Shown in pieces: positions 10,401 to 18,342 of a stretch of DNA of 38,255 nt. The stretch covers positions 1-38,255 of IMG/VR virus record IMGVR_UViG_3300030376_008412; one strand, written 5' to 3'. Position 1 is the stretch's first letter. Each line of letters opens with the position of its first letter. The notes under the pieces were generated by a model that saw only the letters and a program-made list of their open reading frames with translations, ran no database searches and was not told the origin of the DNA. Origin of the DNA: a virus (taxonomy: Duplodnaviria; Caudoviricetes). A program made the position numbers and the translations under genes.

Positions 10401-13167
10401 GGAGTCTAGAAATTATAAGAGAGTGGAAAATATTCTTACAGGTAAGGATACTGATATCGAGACTTTAGGGCAGTTCCATGATATGGTTGTATCGCAAATA
10501 CCAGATCTACAGATAGCAATAGCTAGTACTAGATTTCCTAGAACAAGAACAAATGATTTAACATTCTTAGGCGTTAAAGGGTTTTTAGATGAAGAATATG
10601 GAAATTCGATGATTATTAACGATCATGATGTTTTAACTGTATTTGAGGGAGATTATGATGTAGATAAAGCAGATTTCTTTTTCCAGGGAACAGATGCTTT
10701 CTGGGGACATGTAGAAAAGGCTAAAAATAGATGGGTATGGGGTGCTAATCCTGATTCACAAGCTCCTATGAGATCTAATATTCAATTAGGTGCAGCTAAT
10801 CTTGCAGACGCTCAAACTAATAATGATCAATGGCAAAATCATGTAGGTAGGAGCGCAGCATATTCTGGAGCTATAGGAACGGTTCAAAAGTTGTCTCGTA
10901 ACTTAGGACACTTAAGTGCTGCTGTAAGAGAGGTTAAAGGGGGCATTATAGCTGAATACAGAGACCCTCAAAGTGGTCAGCTAAAAAGAGTAGTTATGAA
11001 TCATGACAATACCTTGGAATCTCACAGAAGAGCTTTTGAAACACAAGCCATGATTGATGCTAAGGCAAACCCTAGTCTATTTACAAAACTAGAAGATTGG
11101 GCAGAATCATATCTTTTTCCTTCATATATGAGATCTGTTAGTCCCGATGATCCTAATGCTATGGAAAAACATAAGGCGGATATAGCTTCTGGAAAAATAC
11201 CTGGTGAAAGAATAAGGCTTTTTGAAGAACTTAAATATGATTCTAGTTTAAAAGAATGGGTTCCTACTGAAGATGATTTAAGTATATATGCTAAAGAAGG
11301 AATAATGAATTTAATAGACCATCACGGCAAGATTTTAAGTTTAGGTACAGAAATTTATGATAATGGTACTCCTAGAAGCCCTAAATACAAAGATATGATA
11401 GATATATCAAAAAGTTACTTTGACCATGCTTCTGATATTAATAAGAGTTTATATCGAAGAACTAAATGGAAAAAAAGATTAAACAAAGATACCATTGTTG
11501 CTACAAATGAGTTATTTGACTCTACTGAAGGTAGCTACATAGATTATAGTAAAGGAAAGGATGAGAAAGGTAATTGGAGAAAACAAAAATATTATTATAT
11601 GGGGCAAAAGGCGAGATTCTATAATCCTTCTCTAATTAATTATTATAAAAATATTGCTAAAGGTGAAGCTGGTAGTCCTCTTGAAAGGGGATTACATACT
11701 ATAGAGGCTAAGGATGAGTTTAGGAAAGATAATAGAGTATTGCTTGAGGGAGATCAATTTCTCGCTATGGAAAAAGCTTTCTACAATTTCTTAGATGACG
11801 AAGGTACGGCTGACCTATTAATGCAAAATGTTGCAGGAATTATGAAAACTTCTAAAGACGCTAGAAAAGCTATTTTGTATTTTAAAAGTCAATTATATAG
11901 GGTTAAAACAGCGAAACAACGAGAAGGCTTAAAAGAAGCAATAGCTAAGCACGAGACTATTTTAAGCAAATTGCATGGAAAAGAAGCATTTAAAGACTAT
12001 CTTACAACTGAACAAGTTAAAGATTTGCCTGAGACATTACAACTAAGGTCTATTGACAAAGATTCTGATATGATTCAAGGAACAGCTCAAATGTATACTC
12101 TTTCTCCTGTTACTAGCATGTTTAAAGGTTCAAGTAAAGAATTTGACAAAGATATGTCTAATATGATGACCATGGATGCTAGATTCTGGGGAGATGAGCT
12201 TGATGCCTTGAAAAACTCAATGCCTTTTAAACATACCACTCTCCTCACTAAAGAGCAATCTGCAAAATTTCAAGATAGACCTAATCCTGATACTATAGAG
12301 CAGCTTATGATGGAAAACTTAGACAAAATGGTTGAAAAGCATGGTATCATGTTCTTGTGGAGATATGCAAAGCCTGCAGAAGGAACAGGTGTTGGAGTAT
12401 TTAATAATAAGCCTATTCCATATGCTGCTAAAAGCTCTAAAAATAGATTTAAAAGGATGATGCAGTTTTTAGGTAATAAAGCAAATGAAGGAGATGTTTA
12501 TTATCAAAAGATTTTAGGTATAGTAGCACAACGTCATGGAATGTATATGAATCTTTTTTCAAAAAAGACTAATTTAATTCCAGATAAAGATTGGCTTCTA
12601 AAAGAACAGATAAGGATCCCTAAGTTTGGAGATACTGCAATTACTCAATTAGATAATTATAGTAGTGTTAGTTTTGGTAGAAATAAAAACGATATGAGCC
12701 CTTTTTCTGGTGGCTTGCATTATGACCATACTATCTCTCTTTTTAGAGAATTTTATAGAATGGCTGGCAGAGAAGGTGAATTTGATACATTTTTAGGAGA
12801 TTTATCCAAACTTCATGAAATGACTATGAGTCAAGACATGATAGATCCTGCTAGTTATCTATTAATGATGGAAAAAATGCAGACCGATATGTATGATTTT
12901 GTAAGGAATCAATTTGCATTTCAAGGCAAAGAAGGAGATGTAAAGACCCTTAATAGGAATTTAAAAGATAATGAGCTATATTTGTTAATGGGTGGAGACG
13001 ATCATCAAGGAGCAGGAGTAACTTTAAATCCATTTAATGCTTTAAATAGATATTTTAAAACTCAAAAAGAAATGTTGGCTGGGCAAGCAACTGAAATGAC
13101 TTCTAAACCTTATGAAAACAAAGTAGAGGAATATCTCTACGGAAAATGTGGAGGCAGAGCGCAATAA
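4471..13167 (+). CDS. Putative virion-packaged single-chain RNA polymerase (double-psi beta-barrel type)
   Basis: 2898 aa. STRFPRTR is followed ~35 aa later by FEGDYDVDKAD (DxDxD at nt 10651-10665). GAGGAG SD; sits in a cluster of three giant late genes. Confidence 0.8.
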   Translation: MAKDAVQSYLDLIESSNQGVSFYDAMNLSKDEDTSTIGTVEDSQELAPKTSPSPNMTSSIAQSFLQREEDALKPKKYKDQNWWSTVGNAVWSFGDEALFGVPEWIATKGFGVEFEKWEDQTGTERALETLGRFGGFAVGAPLKLGKKAVEVVGGKVINKVLREETTSQLVNRTRNAAVKAVGDLPGASAAVGQTIKEAGNAYYQINKRAQWSNSFGKNFTTKASDTMRKLVDKRVARKEVTYDEGEALFKIFNDNLTKQSAHDFASLMQIKYKGGKKGAILGEMINEALVWGTIDAVMEYPRSQAEDRQYDWTVPIFGFAMGSALGPLGMWNLGGKNASFKKTLGDGMRALFSTNIYKNMELSKLRDYSKWHGDDMLYDLAGRKYKDAPKPTTTIEHRGEKYIVDFSEPKGSLSIDLSTKKAMSEDTQATILRKALNKERKKHGKDLVKMAFTEEWDNLKKVFPRMISGGLIMGAPNAAMMALGEEDLDWQTTFTHILMGGFIMRKGYGANWDMQGAKMAKLRRGIATLGVDVHSDKFNIPIFKRYGTSSLDPFNTSGGLGEIKSQALQLGVLTKNSDATDGVLPKGERSAYDEIAEGNLGLFHKFYLEVSNPGIDTYRVSLHDIPASAAKNLESRIKLTEWDELGGAKMTHPQDWDMVWNTAVEDGIGHMSSVFDNALRQVLTDRGLNFDTDSGYNMGNLWENVYVGDALKDEARKGLDGKLDFLFRDDPDGDWVNDPDLRPEILVSEMNKINKLIAINQRVGRAGKNLNTQTNNRELGGKDHDEQNIDIAADKVRHIYSTIKAAEDQLTADLGGSVKIDLSNVNQDIVSLMDMNTTKRGAQKVELAFNKDEITHEGLRKSLINAGILVRDDDGDIKLPNRLGELEEAIIEAPINDHVAKMEAVKLVRAAYGLLGAIRQYKGVDKPIGKIDYRILMGNSKGSLYYELNQRGIQPQVFTNIAQMVSSNIIAKKVANTKLVTEQVSFLNAGMIEESMPDLMIYNSPGEGRLGGFEGKKLVTTSKDADDIAIVNQYNRKIDQISKDSESPDGGRLFQIIGEKPITNPNQLIKIQDLMIRENQFFDQYDQPSIFLKSFFDAIEGFEPLKYAAKEFIDLNPGNAGKLIAMMKSTGIIKIDPSMGTPAYKVDEQEWFKTLTDEGKDKMIKFMKGYGTSIDVVESRMSDYAARYHHKSENMFASSIGEKGLTQAEFFQKYFGGSASDVKDQNEIIFNALSKDDNIDSVLDIIRSMTHIDKEELIFDVNAKLPMLSNEQYDLMIMETVSLIHSRINSDKMNHIDFSGGDFRHSVQTIQKNPITDYLSQNIAGEGIDSFFIDPTIRYRDDEGNLHIVDVTTVTNTDIKRDPGGKKAKGYRHLKESLLGVEDIVSVDRKDKNLVIKRSSLDASGTKQGIETIVIGEKIPMLGIFRKDFAKIEAEFINVMKDFDRGGKYENLLTADGKIKLKNMLSTFDTDVTTGQSINKQWNPMHSQAIRDLLYLKMVGPKEFASLFSTGLDTAGNTLDKVAKRFGLAYTPSAKRMSKDLYKMTSRAFWELSLKGNYIRIGNDRLETRQALNHYAKRGKYGVAVYDDDPITNSDTSIKLKYEKLMDQLYGDSPNKPTWEDSQAGRDDVSGFDSIAFIGTRKARALSAGTGMLAKGIHSIFKPIISSNDPNAMLYGKTVFIYDPYMAKNVIDKNDRLDVLLMGTGAKLGGGDQIKMSVNDLTGETPGINNKHNYLDKNIVDYDLNSLGIIQAPKVQAAAKFGQQLTSYMNDIEWKPIYEAYYQNNVDKANQMMDEYLDNPVMLREFMLDANGLSDDYILAEMAEGGGAGAQLASFGTFLASSKFANPMAFGENMIMNVFKRKMLDKILNPSAVVRQGSEEVQFGGKSVLIQSMDPRYRALKGTIIEGEGEDAKVIQYGETVLSNSTADIPLREILDTKGTQKHDFSLRFIRRTKERDADEVWTKKELLDYLEKSGQKESRNYKRVENILTGKDTDIETLGQFHDMVVSQIPDLQIAIASTRFPRTRTNDLTFLGVKGFLDEEYGNSMIINDHDVLTVFEGDYDVDKADFFFQGTDAFWGHVEKAKNRWVWGANPDSQAPMRSNIQLGAANLADAQTNNDQWQNHVGRSAAYSGAIGTVQKLSRNLGHLSAAVREVKGGIIAEYRDPQSGQLKRVVMNHDNTLESHRRAFETQAMIDAKANPSLFTKLEDWAESYLFPSYMRSVSPDDPNAMEKHKADIASGKIPGERIRLFEELKYDSSLKEWVPTEDDLSIYAKEGIMNLIDHHGKILSLGTEIYDNGTPRSPKYKDMIDISKSYFDHASDINKSLYRRTKWKKRLNKDTIVATNELFDSTEGSYIDYSKGKDEKGNWRKQKYYYMGQKARFYNPSLINYYKNIAKGEAGSPLERGLHTIEAKDEFRKDNRVLLEGDQFLAMEKAFYNFLDDEGTADLLMQNVAGIMKTSKDARKAILYFKSQLYRVKTAKQREGLKEAIAKHETILSKLHGKEAFKDYLTTEQVKDLPETLQLRSIDKDSDMIQGTAQMYTLSPVTSMFKGSSKEFDKDMSNMMTMDARFWGDELDALKNSMPFKHTTLLTKEQSAKFQDRPNPDTIEQLMMENLDKMVEKHGIMFLWRYAKPAEGTGVGVFNNKPIPYAAKSSKNRFKRMMQFLGNKANEGDVYYQKILGIVAQRHGMYMNLFSKKTNLIPDKDWLLKEQIRIPKFGDTAITQLDNYSSVSFGRNKNDMSPFSGGLHYDHTISLFREFYRMAGREGEFDTFLGDLSKLHEMTMSQDMIDPASYLLMMEKMQTDMYDFVRNQFAFQGKEGDVKTLNRNLKDNELYLLMGGDDHQGAGVTLNPFNALNRYFKTQKEMLAGQATEMTSKPYENKVEEYLYGKCGGRAQ

Positions 13168-15977
13168 TGAGAAGAGTACAGCCAGGTTGTGATTTAATTG
13201 GAAATCAAGTCAAGTCTAAGATTACCTCCCTTTATGAAGGCATGAGAGATAGTAGTGTTTTTAAAGAAAACTTGGGGGACACTGCTACTGCATTTAGGCA
13301 AATATTTGAAAATGAAACAGGTGTAAAATTAGAAGATAGTGAGTTTTTCCCTCCTTCTCCAGGTGAGTTAAGAGCTGTAGGAAATAGGATACAGGATATA
13401 AAAAAATATATTAATAAAGGGGGTAAGATAGCTCCTAGTTTTTGGAGTAAGTTTTACGCAACAAGCGCTTTGGCAGACAGGATGCCTACAGTTAAAGGAT
13501 TAGTAGAAGAATATATTAAAGTTAATTATGAAATGAAAGGAAGGCAGCATGAATCTAATCAATTATTTAGAGGAATTGTCTCGAACCTTAAGAGAGAGTC
13601 TATTGAAAGAAATTTTAAATGGAAGAAGTTTAAAAATCCTAAAGCTAAGGCAGATAAGTTAGAGTCTGATAAAGTTAAAGCATTAGCTGTTTTAAAAGAT
13701 AGTCCTCCAAATACCAATGAATATAAAGACGCTTTAAAAGTCTGGAATGCTGCAGTAAAGGCTGAGTCTGATTTTTACAATAGAGCTGAAGGAAAGGTAT
13801 TTAAAGACTTAGTTTATCATATTGAAGAGAATGTTGTTAAAGCAGATACGGACTTTATTAATAAACATTTAGAGAAACAAAAAATAGATTTAACTATTTT
13901 TAGAGCTATGACTAAGAGTGAGCAAAAAAAAGTGATGCCTTCTCTTTCCTCTAGGCAGAAAAATATTATAAATTCTATCTCTAGCTTTAAAGATGTAGAC
14001 GGAAAAGTTATTTCAGGAAATATGGTTAGTGCTGTTCAAAATCATTTTACCTTAATGGATGGTATGTTTAAAACTCAAGAACAAGGCCTTGTAAAATGGA
14101 TTGAAGGCGTACGTATGAGTCTTGAAGAAAGCGTTGATTCAACTGCTATTGAAGGCATTGTAGACAAATTAAAAGAAAGAATAATGCCTGAATACAGAGT
14201 AGGTTATTACCATCATCAAATAATAGATCAAAATGCAGGCTTTATGGAAGGTATTATGCCTCACATTGAGCAAGTTAGTCAAGCAACATCTCTTAAGTTA
14301 GTAGGCAATAATGACCAGTCAGTTAATGATGCCTTAAAAGGTCTTGACACCTATTTAACAGGTTATGAAAGAGCTAGACAGCCTGGTAGCGATTTAGATT
14401 ACTCTAAAAACTATTTAACAGTTACTAAAAACTATATAGATGAAATTAATAGATTTAACTATATCTCAAACTCTAATACTGCAAGTAAGAATGCTATATT
14501 AGAAGTTGCTAAAGTTTGGAATAAAGGTGATGGAGAAATGCATGGATTTGCTAAAACTATGCATGATTTCATTGTTCAATTACATGCTGCTCAAACAGGT
14601 CATGCAAATATTAAAAATCCAGAAATAGACGCAGGATTAAAGTTTATGCTTGGTGCACAATTCGTATCTAAGCTAGGTTGGAATATGAGATCTGGTTTAA
14701 GAAATGCAACTCAAAGTGTTTTGAATTGGCAACATTTTGGATTTACTGCAAATAAAAGAGCTAACGATTATATTAGAGAAAATGCTCTTGGAGAAGAAAT
14801 TGATAATCATTTAAGAAATAAAGGACTATTGTTTTTAGACTTAGCTCCAGAATTACAAGAGGCAGTTGGTTTAAAAGGTGCTGCTCATAAAGTTATAGAG
14901 GTTGATTCAGAGGGCAATGTTAGATTTAAAGCTCCTGGAATACTTGAGAAAGGCGAAAAAGCATTTAGAGAGATGTCTCAGTCTGGTTTAGGTGAATATC
15001 TTTCTCCTGGATCTATAATGCAGAAAGTAGAAAACTATAATAGGAAAAGAACCTATAAAACAGCTTATGCTATTATGCATCAGAAGTTACAGAATAATCA
15101 CGCTTTTAGGTTATCTACTGGAAAAAGTGCAGATCAATTTAGTGCCTCAGTTAGAAGCAGGGCTGATCGCTTTGCTACCAATATGGTTACTATGCTTCAT
15201 TTTGATTATAGTGACGTATCTAAGTCTCAAGCAATGAGATCTCCTTTAGGTAAAGTTCTTTTTCAGTTCCAGCATTATGGTGTAAAGTTTTTTGAGTATA
15301 ACATGAAAACACTTAAAGGAATGAAAAATGATTGGTTAGAGGGTCAAGCATTACAAGGACAGAATGCCTGGAGAGCTTATAGAATGGCTATGATTTATTT
15401 TATAGGAGTTCAAGCTGCAGAGTCATTAACAGGTATAGGTTTTTCAAAATTATTGCAGCACGATACTCAGCAAAGATTAAGTCAAATTGCAACTGTTTTA
15501 ACTGGGACTACAGAAGAAATAGCTGCAGCTACTCATAATAGAGGACTTACAGGTATTGCAGGTTTGGGTGGTCCAATGGTATCAGATTCATTAAGAATTG
15601 CTAATTTAACTGGAGTTATAGATCAAAATAGTAGTGATTTTGCTAGATTTGCAGCAGGCTATGAAGAGGCAGCATTGTTTGATGGTGATAGAGACTTATA
15701 TGAAATTTCTAGTATTCTATCAACAGCAGGAACAAGATTTTTTGGAAACACTCTTCCAATGGCCTTAAACGGGCACATGGGTCGAGCAATGCAACATGAA
15801 TTTGGTTTATATCCTACAAAAGAAGCAAGAGGTAAAAAGAAATTCCTTATTGATACTGTTTCTGACGCCACAGATAACTCAGCTGTATTAGCATCGCTTG
15901 ATTATATTCAGAACTTTCCTAAGAAGGGAAAGAAGAAGCCCGCAAAGCAGGCCCCTTCTAGTATGTATAACATTTAG
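13167..15977 (+). CDS. Large virion cargo/ejection protein
   Basis: ORF track gives 13146-15977; the likely start is ATG 13167 (TAATG coupling with the RNAP stop). Helical, with hydrophobic Gly-rich C-terminal segments typical of ejected proteins. Confidence 0.6.
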   Translation: MRRVQPGCDLIGNQVKSKITSLYEGMRDSSVFKENLGDTATAFRQIFENETGVKLEDSEFFPPSPGELRAVGNRIQDIKKYINKGGKIAPSFWSKFYATSALADRMPTVKGLVEEYIKVNYEMKGRQHESNQLFRGIVSNLKRESIERNFKWKKFKNPKAKADKLESDKVKALAVLKDSPPNTNEYKDALKVWNAAVKAESDFYNRAEGKVFKDLVYHIEENVVKADTDFINKHLEKQKIDLTIFRAMTKSEQKKVMPSLSSRQKNIINSISSFKDVDGKVISGNMVSAVQNHFTLMDGMFKTQEQGLVKWIEGVRMSLEESVDSTAIEGIVDKLKERIMPEYRVGYYHHQIIDQNAGFMEGIMPHIEQVSQATSLKLVGNNDQSVNDALKGLDTYLTGYERARQPGSDLDYSKNYLTVTKNYIDEINRFNYISNSNTASKNAILEVAKVWNKGDGEMHGFAKTMHDFIVQLHAAQTGHANIKNPEIDAGLKFMLGAQFVSKLGWNMRSGLRNATQSVLNWQHFGFTANKRANDYIRENALGEEIDNHLRNKGLLFLDLAPELQEAVGLKGAAHKVIEVDSEGNVRFKAPGILEKGEKAFREMSQSGLGEYLSPGSIMQKVENYNRKRTYKTAYAIMHQKLQNNHAFRLSTGKSADQFSASVRSRADRFATNMVTMLHFDYSDVSKSQAMRSPLGKVLFQFQHYGVKFFEYNMKTLKGMKNDWLEGQALQGQNAWRAYRMAMIYFIGVQAAESLTGIGFSKLLQHDTQQRLSQIATVLTGTTEEIAAATHNRGLTGIAGLGGPMVSDSLRIANLTGVIDQNSSDFARFAAGYEEAALFDGDRDLYEISSILSTAGTRFFGNTLPMALNGHMGRAMQHEFGLYPTKEARGKKKFLIDTVSDATDNSAVLASLDYIQNFPKKGKKKPAKQAPSSMYNI

Positions 15978-16177
15978 TTTTTTGATTTATCTGTAGTAAA
16001 ATTAGATAATTCTTCTTGAAGCATTTCAATTTGTCCATTAACGCTAGTTTCAAGGTTACTTAAAAACCCTATTAAGTTTCTTAACTTGTCTTCATGTGGC
16101 AATGTCTTTTCAGATGCTTCTATTAATTTAACTGTTTTTAGTATTGCCGTCAATTCGGTTGTTAGTAATTCTAGCAT
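15974..16177 (-). CDS. Hypothetical coiled-coil protein
   Basis: 67 aa with GGAG SD. Last gene of the minus-strand block; its stop overlaps the convergent gene. Confidence 0.6.
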   Translation of the reverse strand: MLELLTTELTAILKTVKLIEASEKTLPHEDKLRNLIGFLSNLETSVNGQIEMLQEELSNFTTDKSKN

Positions 16178-16179
16178 TA

Positions 16180-16428
16180 TTATTCTCCCAAATCAAGAGT
16201 ATGTACTACTCTACCTGTTTTATATAGCTCCATTTTAATAATAAAGCCATTTTTATCATAGTATTTCCAATTTCCCTCTTTGATTTTTCTAATTTTTAAA
16301 CCCTCTGCTTTAACAGATCCATTCTTATAGAAAGTTGCTACCTTAGTAGTATCTCCATATGTTGTAGTCATTTCTGTCATCTGCCCAAATCCTAAGCAAA
16401 ATAAGCTTATTATTAGCACTTTATTCAT
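16180..16428 (-). CDS. Secreted MORN-variant/YwqK-like repeat protein
   Basis: Likely start MNKVLIISLFCLGFGQ (signal-peptide-like, ATGA overlap, AGGAG SD), followed by FYKNGSVKAEG...KEGNWKYYDKNG repeat motifs. Confidence 0.7.
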   Translation of the reverse strand: MNKVLIISLFCLGFGQMTEMTTTYGDTTKVATFYKNGSVKAEGLKIRKIKEGNWKYYDKNGFIIKMELYKTGRVVHTLDLGE

Positions 16429-16790
16429 TTTTTCTCCTTGATTAATTCTAACCATCTATCAAACTCTATAACAGCGTATGTTTTAGTATGGTTTCTTTTG
16501 ATTATTGTTACAGGTGTACGTTTACCGCAATTGCTTTCAGCTTGCTCTAATGCGCTCCATATATTCAGTCTTTCAACATTTTTGCACTCAAAGCTATAAG
16601 GTATAATTTTACGGGCAGCAGGAGATAGAACTATATCTTCTCCTGTCATTCCCATAGTTTGAGACTTTATATCATCAGGTTCTAACTTTGGAAGTAATGT
16701 CCATTTATCAATAAAGTATTCTCTTAACTTATCCCTTACAAAGTTTTGCAATCTTCTTCCTTTTGCTTTAGATGAAGAAGCGTTCCCCAT
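16425..16790 (-). CDS. PD-(D/E)xK nuclease, Holliday junction resolvase-like
   Basis: SKAKGRRLQ...GEDIVLS...FECKN...QA is an Hjc-like pattern; located in the replication block. Confidence 0.75.
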   Translation of the reverse strand: MGNASSSKAKGRRLQNFVRDKLREYFIDKWTLLPKLEPDDIKSQTMGMTGEDIVLSPAARKIIPYSFECKNVERLNIWSALEQAESNCGKRTPVTIIKRNHTKTYAVIEFDRWLELIKEKK

Positions 16791-16832
16791 TATTTACCCC
16801 AAACGTACTTGTCAAGCTTAGCTTTCATAAAA

Positions 16833-17099
16833 CTAGTCCACTGTTTTGCTGTTGTCTTTAGTGGGTTTGTTGATTTCTTTTTTACTGATTTTTTCTTCAT
16901 TGTTTTGCTCCTTTTGTTCATTTCCTATTGTTTCTTTTAAGTAATTCATAAACTCTTTATCATCTTTTTTAAATCTAATATAAGAGTCTAATGTTTTACT
17001 CATTACATTTATATTGTAATTTACTTTTGATTCAAGAAAGTTCACATAACTCATCAACTGGTTGTAAGTTACTTTCTTTTTGTTCGGCTGTTTGCTCAT
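16833..17099 (-). CDS. Hypothetical protein
   Basis: 88-aa ORF with GGAG SD inside the operon. Confidence 0.6.
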   Translation of the reverse strand: MSKQPNKKKVTYNQLMSYVNFLESKVNYNINVMSKTLDSYIRFKKDDKEFMNYLKETIGNEQKEQNNEEKISKKEINKPTKDNSKTVD

Positions 17100-17256
17100 T
17101 TTTATGCTCCCTGATTTTTCTATCTTTAACCAAATCTTTAATTGGACCTCTCCATAAATAGGAATTTAATATGTGGCTTTCTACCCACCAACACCTTCCA
17201 TTATCAGAGGCCTCTTTTGCAGCTTTTCTAACTTTAACACTAAAATCTAATTTCAT
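17032..17256 (-). CDS. Hypothetical protein
   Basis: 74-aa ORF in operon orientation; its tail overlaps the next gene. Confidence 0.5.
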   Translation of the reverse strand: MKLDFSVKVRKAAKEASDNGRCWWVESHILNSYLWRGPIKDLVKDRKIREHKNEQTAEQKESNLQPVDELCELS

Positions 17257-17257
17257 A

Positions 17258-17339
17258 GTATAGGGATACCCTTATGGTTTCTTTTCGACGATTATTCTTC
17301 ATTATCTTACCAATAATGCTATAAGAATACCCCTATATT
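17258..17339 (-). ncRNA. Intergenic stem-closed structured RNA element
   Basis: Minus strand AUAGGGGUAUUCUUAU pairs AUAAGGGUAUCCCUAU (16 bp with 3 G-U wobbles), with an inner CAUUAU/AUAAUG hairpin. Confidence 0.55.
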
Positions 17340-17341
17340 AC

Positions 17342-17635
17342 TTATTTATTTTTTAATTTCCAAGTATGAACTCGTTTTCCCCAATTTCCCATCTTCTTTT
17401 CATCTGTTTTTTCAAGATTACCCTCAGAGGTTAAATCGGTAATAGCTCTTCTGATGCTTGTTATTGGAAACTCTCTATTAAAAGTGTTAACAATATACTT
17501 GGCTACTTCGTTTGGACTAAGATTATCGTTAGGAAATAGTTTAAATACATTTAAAACTAATACGTTTTGATTTATTGCTTTTTCCCTACTTTCTGACAAG
17601 TTAGATCCTTTTTCGTCATTTGTATTATAGTACAT
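17342..17635 (-). CDS. Winged helix-turn-helix DNA-binding protein
   Basis: LSPNEVAK...PITSIRRAITDLTSEGNLEKT...GNWGKRVHTW is a wHTH pattern. Confidence 0.7.
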   Translation of the reverse strand: MYYNTNDEKGSNLSESREKAINQNVLVLNVFKLFPNDNLSPNEVAKYIVNTFNREFPITSIRRAITDLTSEGNLEKTDEKKMGNWGKRVHTWKLKNK

Positions 17636-17784
17636 TACTTGTTCTCCCAGTATGTTTCTGCTTTAATTTGATCTTCAGCTACTTTATCTAAATCGCTAAA
17701 ATCAGGAGCATTACTCATGCTATAGCCTAAGTTATGCCCCCAATTTTCTAACCATTCATGTAAGTAGCTTTTTATTGCACCCAC
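17635..17784 (-). CDS. Small hypothetical protein (49 aa, not in ORF track)
   Basis: GTG start with GAGGA SD, MGAIKSYLHEWLENWG...YWENK*. Overlaps both neighbours by 1 nt. Confidence 0.65.
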   Translation of the reverse strand: MGAIKSYLHEWLENWGHNLGYSMSNAPDFSDLDKVAEDQIKAETYWENK

Positions 17785-17969
17785 TAATCCTCTTCTTTAA
17801 GAGATACAGCGCATGAAATATTCCCGTCTTTAATCCAACCAGATATTAATATTTCTTCACCTTTCATAACATCTTTATCTAGTTTTATCTTACCTCTGTA
17901 TTGAGGCTTATTTCCACTTGTATCTTCTTCTTTATTTAAGAAAAAGTTTGCTACTCTTTTAAATCCCAT
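17784..17969 (-). CDS. Small DUF736-like putative ssDNA-binding protein
   Basis: KPQYRGKI...ISGWIK...ISCAVS beta-rich pattern; AGGAG SD. Confidence 0.5.
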   Translation of the reverse strand: MGFKRVANFFLNKEEDTSGNKPQYRGKIKLDKDVMKGEEILISGWIKDGNISCAVSLKEED

Positions 17970-18342
17970 CTTTGTACTCCTTAGTGTTTGTAGATGTCCA
18001 ATATCTATTAGTCACCTTAGTTGTTTCTTCATTATATTCCATGTTGTCTTCTTCTATCATAGCCCATAATAACATTAAATAAACTATAGAGTCTTTTATT
18101 CTTCCGCTAACATGCTCTCTCTGAGATTCATGTCCTCTTATGAATGACCCTATACCTCTTATATGTTTGTTTAAAAAGGTATAGAGAACCATTCCAGGAG
18201 TAGTACCAGTAAGCTCTGCTGTTTGAACAAAATCATCAAAAACATCACTTGCTTTGGCATACTCTTTTTGACCTTCGTCTCTAGTTTGTTTAATCTCATT
18301 AACCATGTAGTCAAAGAACTCATCAAAATGCGTTTTTTGCAT
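17959..18342 (-). CDS. All-alpha nucleotide pyrophosphohydrolase-like protein (MazG-fold/DUF1599-like)
   Basis: KEYA...DVFDDF...KH...E...RIKDSIVYLMLL helical pattern. Confidence 0.5.
   Translation of the reverse strand: MQKTHFDEFFDYMVNEIKQTRDEGQKEYAKASDVFDDFVQTAELTGTTPGMVLYTFLNKHIRGIGSFIRGHESQREHVSGRIKDSIVYLMLLWAMIEEDNMEYNEETTKVTNRYWTSTNTKEYKDGI

Noticed and set aside
15922-15958. Intrinsic terminator at the convergence point (GAAGGG/CCCTTC)
   Set aside because: Long loop, lies inside the CDS, no U-tract.
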